NCBI GenBank assembly: GCA_976551045.1 | Contig: CDPCPM010000114.1 | Span: 22,134,001 to 22,198,000, forward strand | Reading direction: 5' to 3' | DNA from: Glaucostegus cemiculus | Taxonomy: Eukaryota | Length of the DNA: 64,000 bases | In this document: piece by piece, positions 39,891-54,532 of the stretch | How positions within the stretch are numbered: position 1 is the stretch's first letter | Layout of the letters: each line of letters opens with the position of its first letter | The notes under the pieces: generated by a model | Told to the model about the DNA's origin: nothing | Seen by the model: the letters and a program-made list of their open reading frames with translations, nothing else | Database searches by the model: none | Translations under genes and position numbers: made by a program

Positions 39891-42281
39891 GTGGAGTCCA
39901 TAGGGATGGAAAAGGCAGGTAACTTTTGTACCATGGACATTTCAGGTAATGACCATCTATGACAAGACAGTATTAGACCACCTACCTTTAATATTCTGTG
40001 TCATCGCCATGACTGACACATCCATAATGGCAGGCAGTGGGGTGGGGGTTGATGTGGTCACCATTGTCCACAGGTTCATCTGGACCAGCCACACTAATAT
40101 GGTAGCTTTCAGAGTAGGTCAGAGGTTGGGTGAGCTGCAGGAATAATTTAACAATACCTTTCTACTATCTTTAAGGCACATGTCAGGAATGTGAAGGAAT
40201 ACAGGTGATCCCTACATCACAGGGAGGTTGCTTTTCTAGACCATGGTCTGTATTGCAATTTTCCATAACGTGATTTGTGGATGCCTCAAGAAATGAGAGT
40301 TGAGAAATAAATACACTTTGTGTTTGTTTACAATATATTACATAAATTTGGTGAGAGTGAATTTTTATTCTATATCTCAGATTTTTAAGTAGTGATTTAT
40401 GGTTTCTGTAAGGGTGAATGTCTGTTACCTGAACTGCTGTAATGTGGGGGTTGCCTGTATTCTGCTCTTTCCTGGATGAGTGCAACAACAGCTCTCAAGA
40501 AGCTTGATACCATTTGGCTCAAAGCTGCCTGCTTGTTTGGTACTACGTTCATCACCCTAAACAATTCATCCTCTCCACCATCAGTACACAGTGGCTGCAG
40601 TGTGTACCATCTACAAAGTGCACTGCAGTTACTCACCTTGATTACTCTGATGGGACCTCCCAAACCCACAATGTCTACAGCCAAGAAGGGCAAGGCCAGG
40701 AAGCAGGTGGGAACAGCATCACCACCTGAAAGGGCTTGAAGATGCGCATCTTCCTAACTTAGAAATACATCACCATTCCTTCATCGTCACTAGGTTTAAA
40801 TCCTTATTCAGAAGAAGAACCATTTGTATCTTGCATACCCTCATTTACAAAGGTGCAGTTCTGTTAGGATGCCATCTAATGAACTGCCTTTGCTGAAATA
40901 ATAATGGCCAATCAAAGGTGCACACTTTTTTACCTATTTATTTTTGGGATATGGGCATCACTGCCAGGGCCACTGTTTATTGCTCATACCCAGTTTATCC
41001 TTGAGAAGGTGGTGGTGAGCTATGTCTTTGAACCCCTGAGCCCTTCCTGTGAATGTGTTCCCACAATGTTGTTGAGTAAGGGTGGGGAAATTAAACCAGT
41101 CTGAAATGGTGAAATTGTAATTGCTGTATACACATTGCATTGTGTTTGTGACATGTCTGCTATAAAGGTCCTGGTACTAAGGCACACAGAGGTGGAATCA
41201 GGTCATTGCAGTCAGCAGGCCAGGCCAGAAGTAATGAAACTCACTGCAGATTCCAAGACCTATGAGGATCTAGAGTTAAGATACTGTGGGCAGTGAGGGT
41301 TGCTTGTTGTAAGTACATCATTGCAAGCTGTGACGGAAGAGACATTCATCCACTGCCAGTACTTGGTTGCATTATTACATATGATCTATTTGTTCCAACA
41401 TTTCCCACTATATTCTTATTCGTATATATCTTCATCTGTATGTTATTTGAACATATTAGAGTTTAATAGTGGTAAAGTTAATGTTGCCATTTGTTTTGAC
41501 CCTTCCAATCTGTTTGCCTCACTTTACCATCGTGTGTTACATCTCCCCCCTGTGGAATTTTCAGTAATATAGTTTGTGATGTATTTATTCTGGAAGACCT
41601 TTATTGTGTTTAAAAGTTCTGACATTGAACTAATGTCCTCAAGGCTCTGCAACTACTCTGAGGAAAATACCCAAAGCTTTAAATGAAGATTATTTTAACA
41701 CGAGAACAGTAACTTTCATAAACATGTCAGCTCCATTTTCAGAGGTTCTGAGACCAAACCTGTCAACAACCCTGATTCATGCAATTATCTATGGTACCTG
41801 AAAGACTCCTACTGATTTTGTCAATAATTTAATATGTCTTTCTGGTTGAAATTTAATATGTTTGCCTCACTGGAGTGCTTTAGGGTATTTCAACTTCTTT
41901 CTAAACTTGTTTTTATAATCTTGTCAAATGCTATCTCAACATTACTGTGTATTGTTATAGCTTATTGCAACAAAAACTTTGCTACAAAAATTTTTATTGC
42001 CTTGTTTAATAACATAATTCAAGGTGTTTCATGAGCTTTAATGCAGCACTTGAAAACTATTTCTATTGAAATACTAATAATGGGCTTTGTTATAGTTTTG
42101 CACTTTTAAAATATTGTTACTTTGATTAACTGGGTTCTGCAGGGTCAGATTTATTATGATTGTAATTTTTTTCCCCCTCAATGCTTGAAGCAGCACCAAT
42201 CAAAGATTAATTTCTCCTCTCTCTCTTCCAGGTATCGTATTGTATCAGGAAGGAAATGTGACTGGATGATTATGTTAATAG

Positions 42282-42452
<171 letters not shown>

Positions 42453-42703
42453 TAATGTAGAATACAAAGGTAACTGGCTCCCCACCTGTGTTCGTGCCTT
42501 GACTCATTCCAGAATCTCCCAGTCTCTTGTCAGCCATTTGCCTCATTGGGCCTCTTAATTAGTTTGTGGAAGATATCCAAAACCCAGCAGACCTAACCTG
42601 GACGGCTAACATTACGATAAGTTTGTGGTTCCGTTGTTTAGTCTCATCAGCTGTTTGTTCCAGATCTTTTGAAAGAAACGAACGTTGTAATGTTTTATTA
42701 ATG

Positions 42704-42859
42704 CAGGCAGTCCTCATGTTACAACAGGGTTCTGTTCCTCAGAACTGTTCATAACAGTGCGTGGGAACTGGGTGTGTGGCCACATTTCCAACTTGCAAAC
42801 TGTTAAGGTTATGAACTGTTCACAGGAATAGAAACCTGCCATAACCTGGGGAGGACCTG
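42704..42859. mobile_element. Tigger/pogo-like MITE (palindromic)
   Basis: Imperfect ~50-bp TIRs starting CAGG; right end CCTG followed by TA. Confidence 0.7.
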
Positions 42860-44334
42860 TAATACTCCTCTCCCTTACAGTCTTCTTCTCCACTCAAGTG
42901 CTTAGGCTCACTACTTCTGCCCCAGTCTTAACTGATGCAGGTTCAGTAAAGAAATTTCCCTGTGTACATGCTGGAAAACCTCTGGAGTTCATGCTCCACA
43001 GTTGGATTTAACGATGAGTCTAGTGTCAGGGTGCAATAGTCCTGTCAGTGGCAGTAAACTGTGCGGGTCATCAACATTTGTGTGCGTTTCCATGTGAGTC
43101 CTAGACTTATGGTTACAGAGGTAAATGCCATATGGAACAGCCTGATGTTTAGTGGAAGATTTAGCCCAATGTTTCTTTGAATTACTTAGCTCAATTTGAG
43201 TTGCATGTCTCATTTGCCTCTGTCTCTTTCACTCCATTTATGCCTTTGTTTCTGGGTTAATCATTAACTTTCCTATCATGTTTTACAAAGGACTTGCAAC
43301 TCAGAAACAAACAATTCAGCTCAACACATCTTTCTGACGTTTATGTTCACGTGAATTTGCTTCCACTTGCATCCTCTTGTCTAGCTTTGAGAAAGAGAAA
43401 ATGTTAGGAAAGAGTATCAGCCAGCATTTGTGGAGAGTGAAGTGGTTGATGTTTCAGGCCAGGCAGCGAGCAACCTTGTTTCAGACCATTCATCAGAACT
43501 AAGGAAGGTTAGAGAAGTGACTGGTTCTAAGCTGCAGGGAGAGGAAAGAACAAGAGAGGTCTGTGAGATGAGGACACAAGTGGATGTTGTTGGGACTGAG
43601 AAGAAACAAAACATGGGTTTAGTAAATGCGTAAATCAGAATAGCACTATGAATGGTGGAAATTGTTAAACTTTGAATACTAAATGTATTGTATTCCCAGT
43701 CTTTGTTTGTTCATAAGAAGCAGGAGCAGGTGTTGGCGATAAAGCTCCTTTGAGCCTGCTCCACTATTGGCCAAGATCATGGCTGAGCTTTCAGAGCTCT
43801 GCCTTTGTGCCCCATCCCCATAACCCTCAGTTCTAATTTCCATAAATCTGTTGATATCTGTTTTGAATGAATTCAGTGACTGAACCTCCACAGCCCTCTG
43901 AGGTAGTGAATTCCGAAGATTCATTACGCTCTGTGTGAAGAACTGTGTCCTTATCTCAGTCCTAAATGGCTTACACTTTTATTTTGAGACTTCTAGCTCT
44001 AGGGATGGAAGTAGGTACTTCCATCCCTACTTCTACTGTATTGAGCCATTAAGCATTCAGTTTGTCTCAATGAGGTCACCTCTCTTTTTGTTGCACTCTT
44101 ACAGCAAATAGATATTTTATTATAGATAGGGAGACCAAAATTAAACACAATCCTCCAGGTATGAACTCGCCAAGGCTCTGTGTAACTGTAGGAAGACATT
44201 TTTATTCTTGTGCAGACCCTCACTGGGTTACAGACAGGTTTTATTTTTTACAGACATCCAATTTTGCCCATGTCGGAAAATACACAAAATCCTTCAAAAC
44301 GGTAATCATACCTCCACAATATTTTAATGAATGG

Positions 44335-45223
44335 TGCTGAATGTGAATAAGCCACTGGAGACTGAAGCTGGTAAATGTAAAAGGTCTTTATTTAGCACAA
44401 GCTGGAGAATCTTTCTCTCCTCTCCTTCCCCTTTCCTGACACTGCAGTAGATTGAGGTTTTATACTTTTCTAACGCAAAGATAACAATCAGTGATTAAGA
44501 ACAATTTCAATGTTTATAATTACCTACGTTAAGAATGTGGACAGGCAACTTTGCAGAATTACATACTTAGAATGGGAGCACTTTCCAACTAACAGGAAAC
44601 CTTTGATTATTCAATACTGGTAGTTTGTCCAAGGGGTTCTGAGCACAAACCCCAGACACACAAAATATTCTATTTTTGTTACAGTGTTGAGGGAGAGCTC
44701 TCTGGATATACAAAATGGTAGAATTTCAATTGACAAAATAGACATGTCCTAAACTGTGTACTATGTGGCAGCGATATGTCTTTAATGATGTGTTAATACA
44801 GGAGTTGGCTACCTAATGTCTTCCCTGATCTCATCACGGGTTTCAATAAAGGCCAATTAACATGAACATTTATTTAGTGTCCTTCCTTGCCTGGTTATAA
44901 TAGTACAGAATGAGGATGTCCCACATTCAATTACTGGTTTCAATGATCTTGAAGTATCAGTGGATATTACATTGTTTAATAAAATATATCATTGCATAAG
45001 TATCAATATGAGTGATGACAGTGTCAGTTTCCAAAGCAAGTCTCTTAAGTGGCCTCCCACAGTGAAGCTGGAAGCTTGTGCTCTTAAGAGAGGATGGTGC
45101 TGATTACAGCAGGGAGGTTATATGTAAACAGTTTTTTTTGAAGACTGGTTCTAATTTGAATTAACTAGCTACTCCCCTATTCCATAACTACTGAAGATGT
45201 CCCATAACTAATAATCCCTAAGA
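44335..45223 (-). mobile_element. Candidate solo LTR nested in a Tigger-like element (~44213-45443)
   Basis: AATGG on both flanks; minus-strand TATAAAA (~44457-44463) about 70 bp upstream of AATAAA (~44387-44392); one terminus lacks the perfect TG/CA. Confidence 0.45.
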
Positions 45224-45459
45224 AATGGCAACAAAAGCACAATCCATTTCCATTTTGTAAAACTTAGACTGATAAGAAAGAATAATTACTAAAAGTGGGG
45301 AGAGAGAGGAAACTAGTTATGCCATGTATAGGAAATAACATACATATGTACTTTGGACTTTTGAATGTAGCAATATTTATGGGTGCCTGTTTGTAGGTAT
45401 GGGTAGCCATAAGTTGGGCATTGGTAACCCAGGGAGGACCTGTACTCAAATCCTCTTGC

Positions 45460-46570
45460 AATAATGGCCAACATTTCATCTGTCTTTCTAATTGTTGCTA
45501 TACCAGCATGTTAACTTTCAGTGACTCATACAAGGATGCCCACATTTCTTTGAGTATCAATATTTTTCAGTCTCTCACCATTTAAAAAGTACTTGGCATT
45601 TCTGTTTTTCTACTGAAGTGGATAATCTCTTATTTTTCCACATTATACTCCAGCAGTCATGTTGTTGCCCAGTAACTTAGGTTTTCTATATCCCCTTGAA
45701 GCCTCTTCATCACTACTCACATTCACACTTAGCTTCATGTAATCAAGAAGCTTAGCAACGATAAATTATTGATATAGATCAGGAATAGTTGGGGTCCAAG
45801 TACTGATTCCTGAAACACCCTTTAGTCACAGCCTGCCAATGGAAGAAGGACCTGTTATTCCTACTGTTTGTTTCCTATCTGTTGACCAGCTGTCAATCCA
45901 CATTAGTCCATTATCCCCAGATCCATTTGCTCTAACCTTTTTCACCAATCTTCTATGCGACGCCTTATCAAAAGCCTTCTATAAGTACCACATCTACTTG
46001 CTCACCCTGATCTACTCTATTAGAAATTGTAGATTAGTCAAACTTGATTTCACTTTTATAAATCTATATTGACTTTCCTTAATCAATTTATTTCTAAGTG
46101 CATTGATATTGTTGATTATAGATTCCAGCTTTTTCCCAACTATTGGTGTCAAGCTAGTATGTTGGTAGCTCCCAGTTTGCTGACACCCTCCTTTGTTAAA
46201 TAATGTGGTGACATTTGCAACCCTCCAATCTGCAGAAACCATTCCAGAATGTGCAGAATTTTGGAAGGTGTTCTTTTCTATAGCCACAGTTTAAATCTGT
46301 GGGATTTGCGTCACCAGGTCATTGAGATTTGTCCTTGCTCCCCATTATAAATTTTCCCATATCAGACAATAAGATGCACACACTTTCTCTTGCTAGTCTT
46401 TTCCTTTATGCTACCTATTAAAGCCCTTACAGTCTGTTTATTAATGGCTAGTTTACTCTCATATCCTGTCTTTTCTTGTGTTATCAATTTCTTGATTGTC
46501 CTATCCTGAATTCTAAAACGCTCCCACTCATCAGGCTTACTGTTCTCTTTTGAAACCTTTTAAGCCTTTT
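45460..46570 (-). mobile_element. Degenerate CR1-type LINE fragment; probable continuation at ~43710-44210
   Basis: DWRVANVTTLFNKGG...SLTPIVGKKLE remnants. Confidence 0.75.
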
Positions 46571-46842
46571 CCATCTCAAAACCTTAGAGTAAAGGCATTC
46601 TACTTGGTATCCATGTTGCTGCCTGTTTGATTACATTCCCCAACTCCATATGTTCTAACTGTAGTTGTTCTACCAGAACCATACATGAGCTTCCAACCAA
46701 GTCATGCATCATCTGGACTCGGAAGCATATTGCTATTCCATAATCAACACTAGATTAAATAATTTTAAGTATGAAACAACATCTTGAAGATTTCTTGAAT
46801 TCTAAATATACCATGCATATTTTGTTACCTTAACAGTTAACC

Positions 46843-49065
46843 ATAGTACAGTACATACAGTACAATACAGGCCCTACAGCCCACCATGTTGTGCCGTCCT
46901 TCAAACCACACCTCACTATCTAACCCTTACCTCCCACATATCCCTCTATCCCACATTCCTCCATTTGTCTATCCAACAATCTCTTGAACCTGTCAAACGT
47001 ATCTGCCTCCACCATCACCCCAGGCAGCACATTCCATGCACCAACCACTGTCTGGGTGAAAAACCTCCCTCTGACATCTCCCCTGAACTTCCCACCCATA
47101 ACCTTAAAGCCATGCCCTCTTGTCTTGAGCATTGGTGCCTTGAGAAAGAGCCGCTGGCTGCCCATCTATTCCTTTCAATATTTTATACACCTCTATCATG
47201 TCTCCTCTCATCCTCCTCCTCTCCAATGAGTAAAGCCCTAGCACTTTAAGCCTCTCATCATATTCCATACTCTAATCCAGGCAGCATCCTGGTAAATCTC
47301 CTCTGTACCCTCTCCAATGCCTCTATATCCTTCCTATAATGAGGCGACCAGAACTGAACGCAGTACTCCAAGTGTGGTCTAACCAGAGTTTTGTAGAGCT
47401 GCATCATTACTTCACGGCTCTTAAACTCGATCCCACAACTTATGAAAGCTAACATCCCATAGGCTTTCTTAAATGCCCTATCCACCTGTGAGGCAACTTT
47501 CAGTGAACTGTGGATATGAACCCCCAGATCCCTCTGCTCCTCTACACTGCCAAGTACCTTGCCATTTACCTCGTACTCTGCCCTGGAGTTTGTCCTTCCA
47601 AAGTGTACCACCTCGCACTTCTCCGGATTGAACTCCATCTGCCACTTATCTGCCCAGCTGTGCATCCTATCAATATCTCTCTGTAACCTCCGACAGCCCT
47701 CCACACTATCCACCACACCGCCAATCTTAGTGTTATCTGCAAACTTACTAACGCAGCCTTCCACCCCTTCATCTAAGTCATCTATAAATAAAACAAAAAG
47801 TAGAGGTCCCAGAACCGATCCCTGCAGAACACCACTAGTCACAGCCCTCCAATCCGAGGTCACTCCCTCCACCACAACCTTCTGCTTTCTACAGGCAAGC
47901 CAATTCCTAATCCACATGGCCAAGCTTCCCTGGACCCCTTGACCTCTGACCTTCTGAAGAAGCCTACCATGAGGAACCTTAACAAACACTTTACTAAAAT
48001 CCATGTAGACCACATCCACTGCACTACCCTCATCAATCTTCCTTGTCACCTCCTCAAAGAATTCTGTCTGGCTTCTGAGGCAAGATCTTCCCTTCACAGA
48101 GCCATGCTGGCTGTCCCTAATCAGTCCATGATTCTCTAGGTGTTCATAGATCCTATCCCTTAGAATCCTTCCTAACAGCTTATCCACCACAGACGTGAGA
48201 CTCACCGGTCTGTAATTCCCTGGACTATCCCTACTACCTTTTTTGAGAAAGGGGACAACATTCGCCACCCTTTAATCCTCCGGTACCATCCCTGTGGACA
48301 ACGAGGACTCAAAGATCCTTAGCAGCGGTTCAACAATCTCCTCCCTCGCCTCTCAAAGCAGCCTGGGGAATATTCCATCAGGCCCCAGAGACTTATCCAT
48401 CTTGATATTATTTAACAACTTCAACACATTCTCTCTCTTGATGTCTACATACTCAAAAACATTACCCTTACCAGCGCTCTCTACTGCGTCATCAAGACCC
48501 CTCTCCTTGGTGAATACCGAAGAGAGGTATTCACTGAGAACTTCCCCCACTTCTACCACCTCCAGGCACATCCTCCCACCTTTGTCTTTAATCGGATCTA
48601 CCCTTACCCTAGCCATCCTTCTGCCCTTCACGTACGTGAAAAAAGCCTTGGGATTCTCCTTAACCCTACTAGTCAATGCCTTTTCATTTCCCCTTCTAGC
48701 TCTCCTCAGCCCTTTCCTAAGCTCCTTCCTTGCTACGCTATATTCCTCGCGAGCCCTGTCTGAGTCTTGTTGCTTACACCTTATGAATGGTGCCTTCTTC
48801 TTCCTAACCAGTCGTTCCACCTCTCTCGTCACCCACAGTTCCTTTATCCTGCCACTCCTTATCTGCCTCACCAGGACATATTTATCCCTAACAACCTGTA
48901 AAAGATCCCTGAACATCGCCCACATCTCCATAGTACATTTCCCTTCAAAAAGGACATCCCAATTTACACTCCCAAGTTCTCTCCTTATAGCCTCATAATT
49001 TGCTCTTCCCCAATTAAGTATCTTCCTGTCCTCTCTGCACCTATCCCTGTCCATGACAATTTTGA
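46843..49065 (-). mobile_element. CR1-type LINE ORF2 fragment, relatively young
   Basis: ORFs 48353-49096 and 47258-48268 (GNYRPVSLTS, QGSVLGP, KFADN, LVRPHLEYC) followed by the 3' UTR. Confidence 0.95.
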
Positions 49066-49164
49066 ACCCTTCAAATATTTCAATATGATTGATCAAATGT
49101 GACCTTCCTTTTTGGAATTACTATTAACTCTTCAGCTAAGGATTCATAATATTTTCTAATGCTT

Positions 49165-51225
49165 CACAAGCAGAAGTAGGCCATTCAGTCCATTAAGTCT
49201 GCTCCAAAGGGAAGGAAATGTGGGGTGGTGGGGGGAGACTGATTCTAATCCCAAATTCTGGCTTTATCTCTATATCCCTTGATAGCTTGACTAATTAGAT
49301 AACTGTCTATCTCCTCCTTAAACACCTCCAATGAACTGGCCTCCACTGCTTTCTGTGGCAAGGAATTCCATAAATTCACCACCTTCTGGCTAAAGAAATT
49401 TCTCCTCATCTCTGTTTTAAACCTGTACCCTCTAATTCTAAGTTTGAGCCCTCTGGTCCTGGACTCCCCACCAAGGGAAACAGCTTGGCCACATCTACTC
49501 TGTCCAGTCCTTTCAATATTTTAAATGTTTCTATGAGGTCCCCTCTCATTCTTCTGTACTCCAGTGAGTACAGTCCAAGTGCCGACAGACACTCATCATA
49601 CACAAGCCCTTTCATCCCAGGAATCATCCTCATGAATCTCTTCTGAACCCTCTCCAACATCAACCCATCCTTCCTAAGATATGGGGCCCAAAACTGTACA
49701 TAGTATTCCAAATGAGGCCTCACCAGTGCCCCATATAGCCTCATCAACACTTCCTTGCTTTTATACATTATACCCCTCAAAATAAATGCCAACATAGCAT
49801 TCGCTTTCTTTGCCACCGATCCGACCTGGTGGTTAACCTTTAGGTTATCCTGTACGAGTACCCCCTAGTCCCTTTGTACTTCTGTACTTTAAATTTCTTC
49901 TCCTTCTAGATAATAGTCTGCCTGTTTATGTTTCCGAAGTGTACAACTGAACATTTCTCAACATTAAATCTCATCTGCCATTTCCTCCCCCATTCCCCTA
50001 GACTATCTAAGTCTCTCTGCAACTTTCCTGTCTCTTCAATACTCTCCACTCCTCCACCTATCTTAGTGTCATCCACAAACTTGGCCACAAAACCATTTAC
50101 TCCATCATCTAAATCGTTAATGTACAGAGTAAAAAGAAGGGGCCCCAACACCAACCTGTGCGGAACACCACAAGTAACCAGCAGCCAAGCAGAACAGGAT
50201 CCTTTTATTCCCACCCTCTGCTTTCTGCCAACCAACCAACGCTCCACCCATTCTGTTATCCTACCTGTTGTTCCATGATCTCTCATCTTATTAATTAGTC
50301 TTTTGTGAGGCACCTTGTCGAATGCCTTCTGAAAATCTAAATACACAACATCTATCACCTCTCCCTTATCTACCCTACCTGAGATTTCTTCAAAAAACTC
50401 CAATAAGTTGGTCAGGCAGGATCTTCCCTTCACGAAACCATGTTGGCTTGGACCTATCTTGCCTTGCACCTCGAGGTATTCCATAACCTCGTCCTTGAGG
50501 ATTGATTCTAATAACTTTCCCACCACTGACGTAAGGCTGATAGGTCTGTAATTTCCTTTATGCTGCCTCCCACCTTTCTTATACAGTGGAACTACATTTG
50601 TGACCCTCCAGTCCTCTGGAACCATGCCGGAGTCTATTGATTCCTGAAAAATGATCACCAATGCCTCCACTATCTCTAAAGCCACTTCCTTCAGTACCCA
50701 GGGATGTACCTCATCCGGTCCTGGAGACTTATCAGTCTTTAGTCAATTTAGCTTCCCCAACACCTTCTCTCTAGTAATCTTAACTGAACTCAGTTCCATC
50801 CCTTGAGACCCTTGATTAACTGGTATATTGCTGATGTCTTCCACCGTGAAGACCGATGCAAAATACTGAGTTAGCATCTCCACCATCTCTTTATCATCTA
50901 TTATAATCTCTCCCACACCATCATCTATTGGTCCTGTATCAACCCCCGTCTCTCTTTTACTCCTTATATATTTAAAAAAACTCTTAGTATCCTTTTGAGT
51001 ATTTTCTGCCAACTTCTTTTCATAATTCCTCTTTTCTTTCCTAATGACCTTGTTAGCATTTGTAGGTTTTTAAAAGTTTCCCAGTCTTTTGTTTTCCCAC
51101 TACTTTTTGTTTCCTTGTATGCCCTCCCTTTTGCTCTTATTTTAGCCTTCGCCTCTCTCATCCACATTTGTGTCTTATTTCCATTTAAAACTACCTTTTT
51201 TCTTAGAACATATCCATCCTGCATT
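49165..51225 (-). mobile_element. Second CR1-type LINE (different subfamily) directly adjacent
   Basis: Frameshifted ORFs 50743-51012, 49906-50685 and 49406-49816 with RT motifs (YLDFQKAFDKVPH). Confidence 0.95.
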
Positions 51226-51457
51226 TACGATTCTGCTAGACCTCTTTCTAATGAATTTTTATATATTTTTAATACATGCAGTTACAGTTCTCCACACCTG
51301 GGTTTTCTCCTCGCCTATATTTGGTTGGTTTATTAATTTGGGAAATTTGCTTTTGTTGGAGAAAAAGGTGTTTACCCAGACTGCTTAGAGAAGATGAAAG
51401 TGTTCTGTAACCCGAATGGTGTATGTTTACAAGTAGCTCACAGTCTCGCATTGCTAA

Positions 51458-51658
<201 letters not shown>

Positions 51659-52104
51659 TGATGAGGGCGCCTTCCGAAAAGCCAGTGTTTAATGTCTACC
51701 CATAACTATGCTTGAGATAGTGGTTGTCAGCTATTACCTTAACCTTCCATAATGCTGATGAATACAGAATTCCAAGATTTTAATCCAGTAATGATAATGA
51801 AAAAGCAGTATGTTTCCCAGTCCAGATGAGTCATTGGTGGGGAGCTTATGAGTGGTGCTGTTCCCATCAGCCTGTTAGTTGTCCATTTAGCTGGTAGAAA
51901 TTGTCAGAAGAAACCTTGGTAAGTTGCTATAGAACTTCTTGTAGATGTTACCGCTGCAATTATAGAATGCCAGTGGTCAAGGGAGTGAATGCTTTTAGGT
52001 GATGCCTGGGATATCAATCAAGTGGGCTGGGCTATCCTTGATGGTGTAGTGCTTGTGCAAGTTGTAGTTATCCAAGGAAACGGAAAATAGTAGTTTCATA
52101 CAAT

Positions 52105-52335
52105 AGGGTGGCATGTAGTATAGCGGTTAGCGTAACACCATTATAGAGCCAGCGCTCGGGTTTCAATTGACACCACTGCCTGTAAAGAGTTTGTACGTTC
52201 TCCGCGTGACTGCATGGGTTTCCTCTGGGTGCTCCGGTTTCCTCCCACATTTCTGGGTTAGTAGGTTAACATGGGTGTAATTGGGTGGCACGGGCTTGTT
52301 GGGCCGGAAGGGCTTGTTACCGTGCTGTCTAAACA
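52105..52335 (+). mobile_element. tRNA-derived V-SINE
   Basis: A/B-box-like head, V-domain core GGGTTTCCTCTGGGTGCTCCGGTTTCCTCCCACA. Confidence 0.8.
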
Positions 52336-53801
52336 AAGTTTAAAGAAGGACTTGCTGCAGCATTTCATAGAGCAATTTAGAGTCAACCAAGTTGCTGTGG
52401 GCTTAGAGTTATATAGGAGACAGACTGGGGAAGGACAATGGATTTTCTCAACAATGTTAGTGAACCAGGTAGCTTTTTCAGAGAATAGATTACTTTCCAG
52501 TACTACTGATGTGAAGGGGCACTGTTGTGTCATCTCTGAGATCTTGATTCAAATACTCCACCAGAATGAACCAAAGGCTGTGCTGGTGCTTTGAAAGCAG
52601 TGTTGAATTTCATCATCGAAATCCTATTCCATCAAGAGGTCGCTCCCAAGATGTGGGATAAGGCTTATGTTTTTCAGGGTCTCACCGCAAATCTTTATTG
52701 TCAGAGGGCCTTGTGGTACATTTGGTAGAGGGCCTTTCCGTTGTCGATGTTGTATTTAAGGCTCATGTTAAACTTCAATGGCTAAGTTGAGCAAGCAGAT
52801 CGTTTGCATGTCCAACACCAGACTTCCAAAACAAACACTCTAGAGCCAGTCCCTGGGTTATGTAAGGGTTCCATTCCAGAGAAATGTCTGTAAGCCATTT
52901 TCTCTGTAAGTCAGAAACATCCATTTTCTATAGTAACCTATAGTGTATTGCTCTACATACTCTTGCTATAATTCTTCATTTCATTTGTTACGAAGTACCT
53001 TACTATAGGCAAATATCCCTTTAAGATGAGACATTGTGTGTGTGTGCAACGTATTACGTCAACAGAAGATAAGACTAACGTGATGACGTCATTACAAGAG
53101 AGAAAAAAGATAGGAGAGAGAGACAGACAGACAGAGAGAAAGAAGAAGGGGAGACGGCAGCCTGTTTTGTTTCTGTCGATGGATGAAGGACAGTAACTGT
53201 GTTTGTCACTAAAATCCGTGGATGGATTTCTGGAGTAGTCCAGTGGAGTTCACTTTGTCGGTAACCTGTAGAAGGACACAGGTGTTTGCGTGAACAACCA
53301 CATTTTGGATGCTCTTCAGAGTGGCAGATACTGTGGAACAAAGTGGCGGAATTCACTTTGCTGCTAACCTGTAGAAGAACACAGGTATTTACATGGACAG
53401 TCACGATCAAGGAGTTTTCAGGGTGAGAAAGTCACTATCGAGTAAGCCCTGAAGTGTCGTTTGAGTTTCGAGTGGAACATTCGGATTTCGTGATTCCTCT
53501 CTAATCTCTCTCTATATCTATGTTTTGTCTTCGGTGGACAGTGCTTGTGAAGAAGCCTTTATTCGTGTTTCATCTTACAGCTTATTGAACTGAACTTTAA
53601 GAACTAATTCCTGAACTTTGAGTTTAGGAACTTGCCGCACACACATGACGAGTAGTTTTGGGGTTATAGTTTAAGATTCTAACATCTTATTGTGTACTAA
53701 TATACTAACTTTTTATTCTTATTTTACGTATTATCGGATGTAGTTTTAACACTGAAGTATGAATTGGTGTGCTTCTTTTGTTGCTGGTTTCGTAACAAAA
53801 T

Positions 53802-53819
53802 TGGGGGCTCGTCCGGGAT
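53802..53819 (+). other. tRNA-Pro primer binding site
   Basis: TGGGGGCTCGTCCGGGAT, the canonical 18-nt tRNA-Pro PBS, 4 nt after the LTR-terminal CA. Confidence 0.92.
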
Positions 53820-53977
53820 CTTCCCAAGATTAATGCGTGTCGTTCTGGGATCCAGTCCAAAGCTTGATTAGGGTGGCTTGCAGTCAAACTTAAGACTGGT
53901 GCTGGAGGTCTGAGTTTGGACATTGGGGTTGGTCCAATAAATTTTCTTAATTGGCGTGTGTGTGGAAACCAGTAGCA

Positions 53978-54532
53978 ATGGAGGTGTTTATGAAAAAACC
54001 CACCCCAAATGGATTGCAGAGAATGAAGAAGTCTGAATTATTAATTCTTGCTGCAGAGCTAAAACTTACGACAGTAACACAATCTATGAAGAATGCAGAT
54101 ATCCAGAGAATAATAGCTGGTCATTATGTGAAGATGCAAGTGTTTGAAGAGGGAGTAGTAAAACAATTTCCTGGCAGTGAACAAATGATTTCTGATGCCC
54201 AAATTCAGTTAGCAAAGATAGAGGCTGAACGAGAGCAAAGGAGACTGGAATCTGAACGAGAGCAAAGGAGACTGGAATCTGAACGAGAGCAAAGGAGACT
54301 AGAATCTGAACGAGAGCAAAGGAAGCTAGAATCTGAACGAGAGCAAAGGAAGCTAGAATCTGAACGAGAGCAAATGAAGCTAGAATCTGAAGCAGAACAA
54401 AGAAAGGTAGATGCTGAGTTAGAAAGGGACCGATTGAAATTTGAAGCTCAGGCAGAGGAAAAGAGATTGGAATTGAGGAGGATGGAGCTGGAAAATAAAG
54501 AGAGGAATCACGAAATCCGAATGTTCCACTAG
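53978..54532 (+). CDS. Truncated gag-like ORF with coiled-coil 9-aa repeats (ESEREQRRL), stopping inside the inverted LTR arm
   Basis: Starts 158 bp after the PBS; N-terminal KKSELLILA motif and Glu/Arg coiled coil resemble Gmr1-like Gypsy Gag (recalled). 27-bp tandem unit at ~54221-54410. Confidence 0.7.
   Translation: MEVFMKKPTPNGLQRMKKSELLILAAELKLTTVTQSMKNADIQRIIAGHYVKMQVFEEGVVKQFPGSEQMISDAQIQLAKIEAEREQRRLESEREQRRLESEREQRRLESEREQRKLESEREQRKLESEREQMKLESEAEQRKVDAELERDRLKFEAQAEEKRLELRRMELENKERNHEIRMFH

Noticed and set aside
47258-50685. Reverse-transcriptase ORFs as a functional or domesticated gene
   Set aside because: Truncated and frameshifted, with the FADD motif altered (FADN, FVDD); ordinary dead CR1 copies.
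52105-52180. tRNA gene
   Set aside because: The tRNA-like head runs straight into a V-SINE core with no cloverleaf or terminator.
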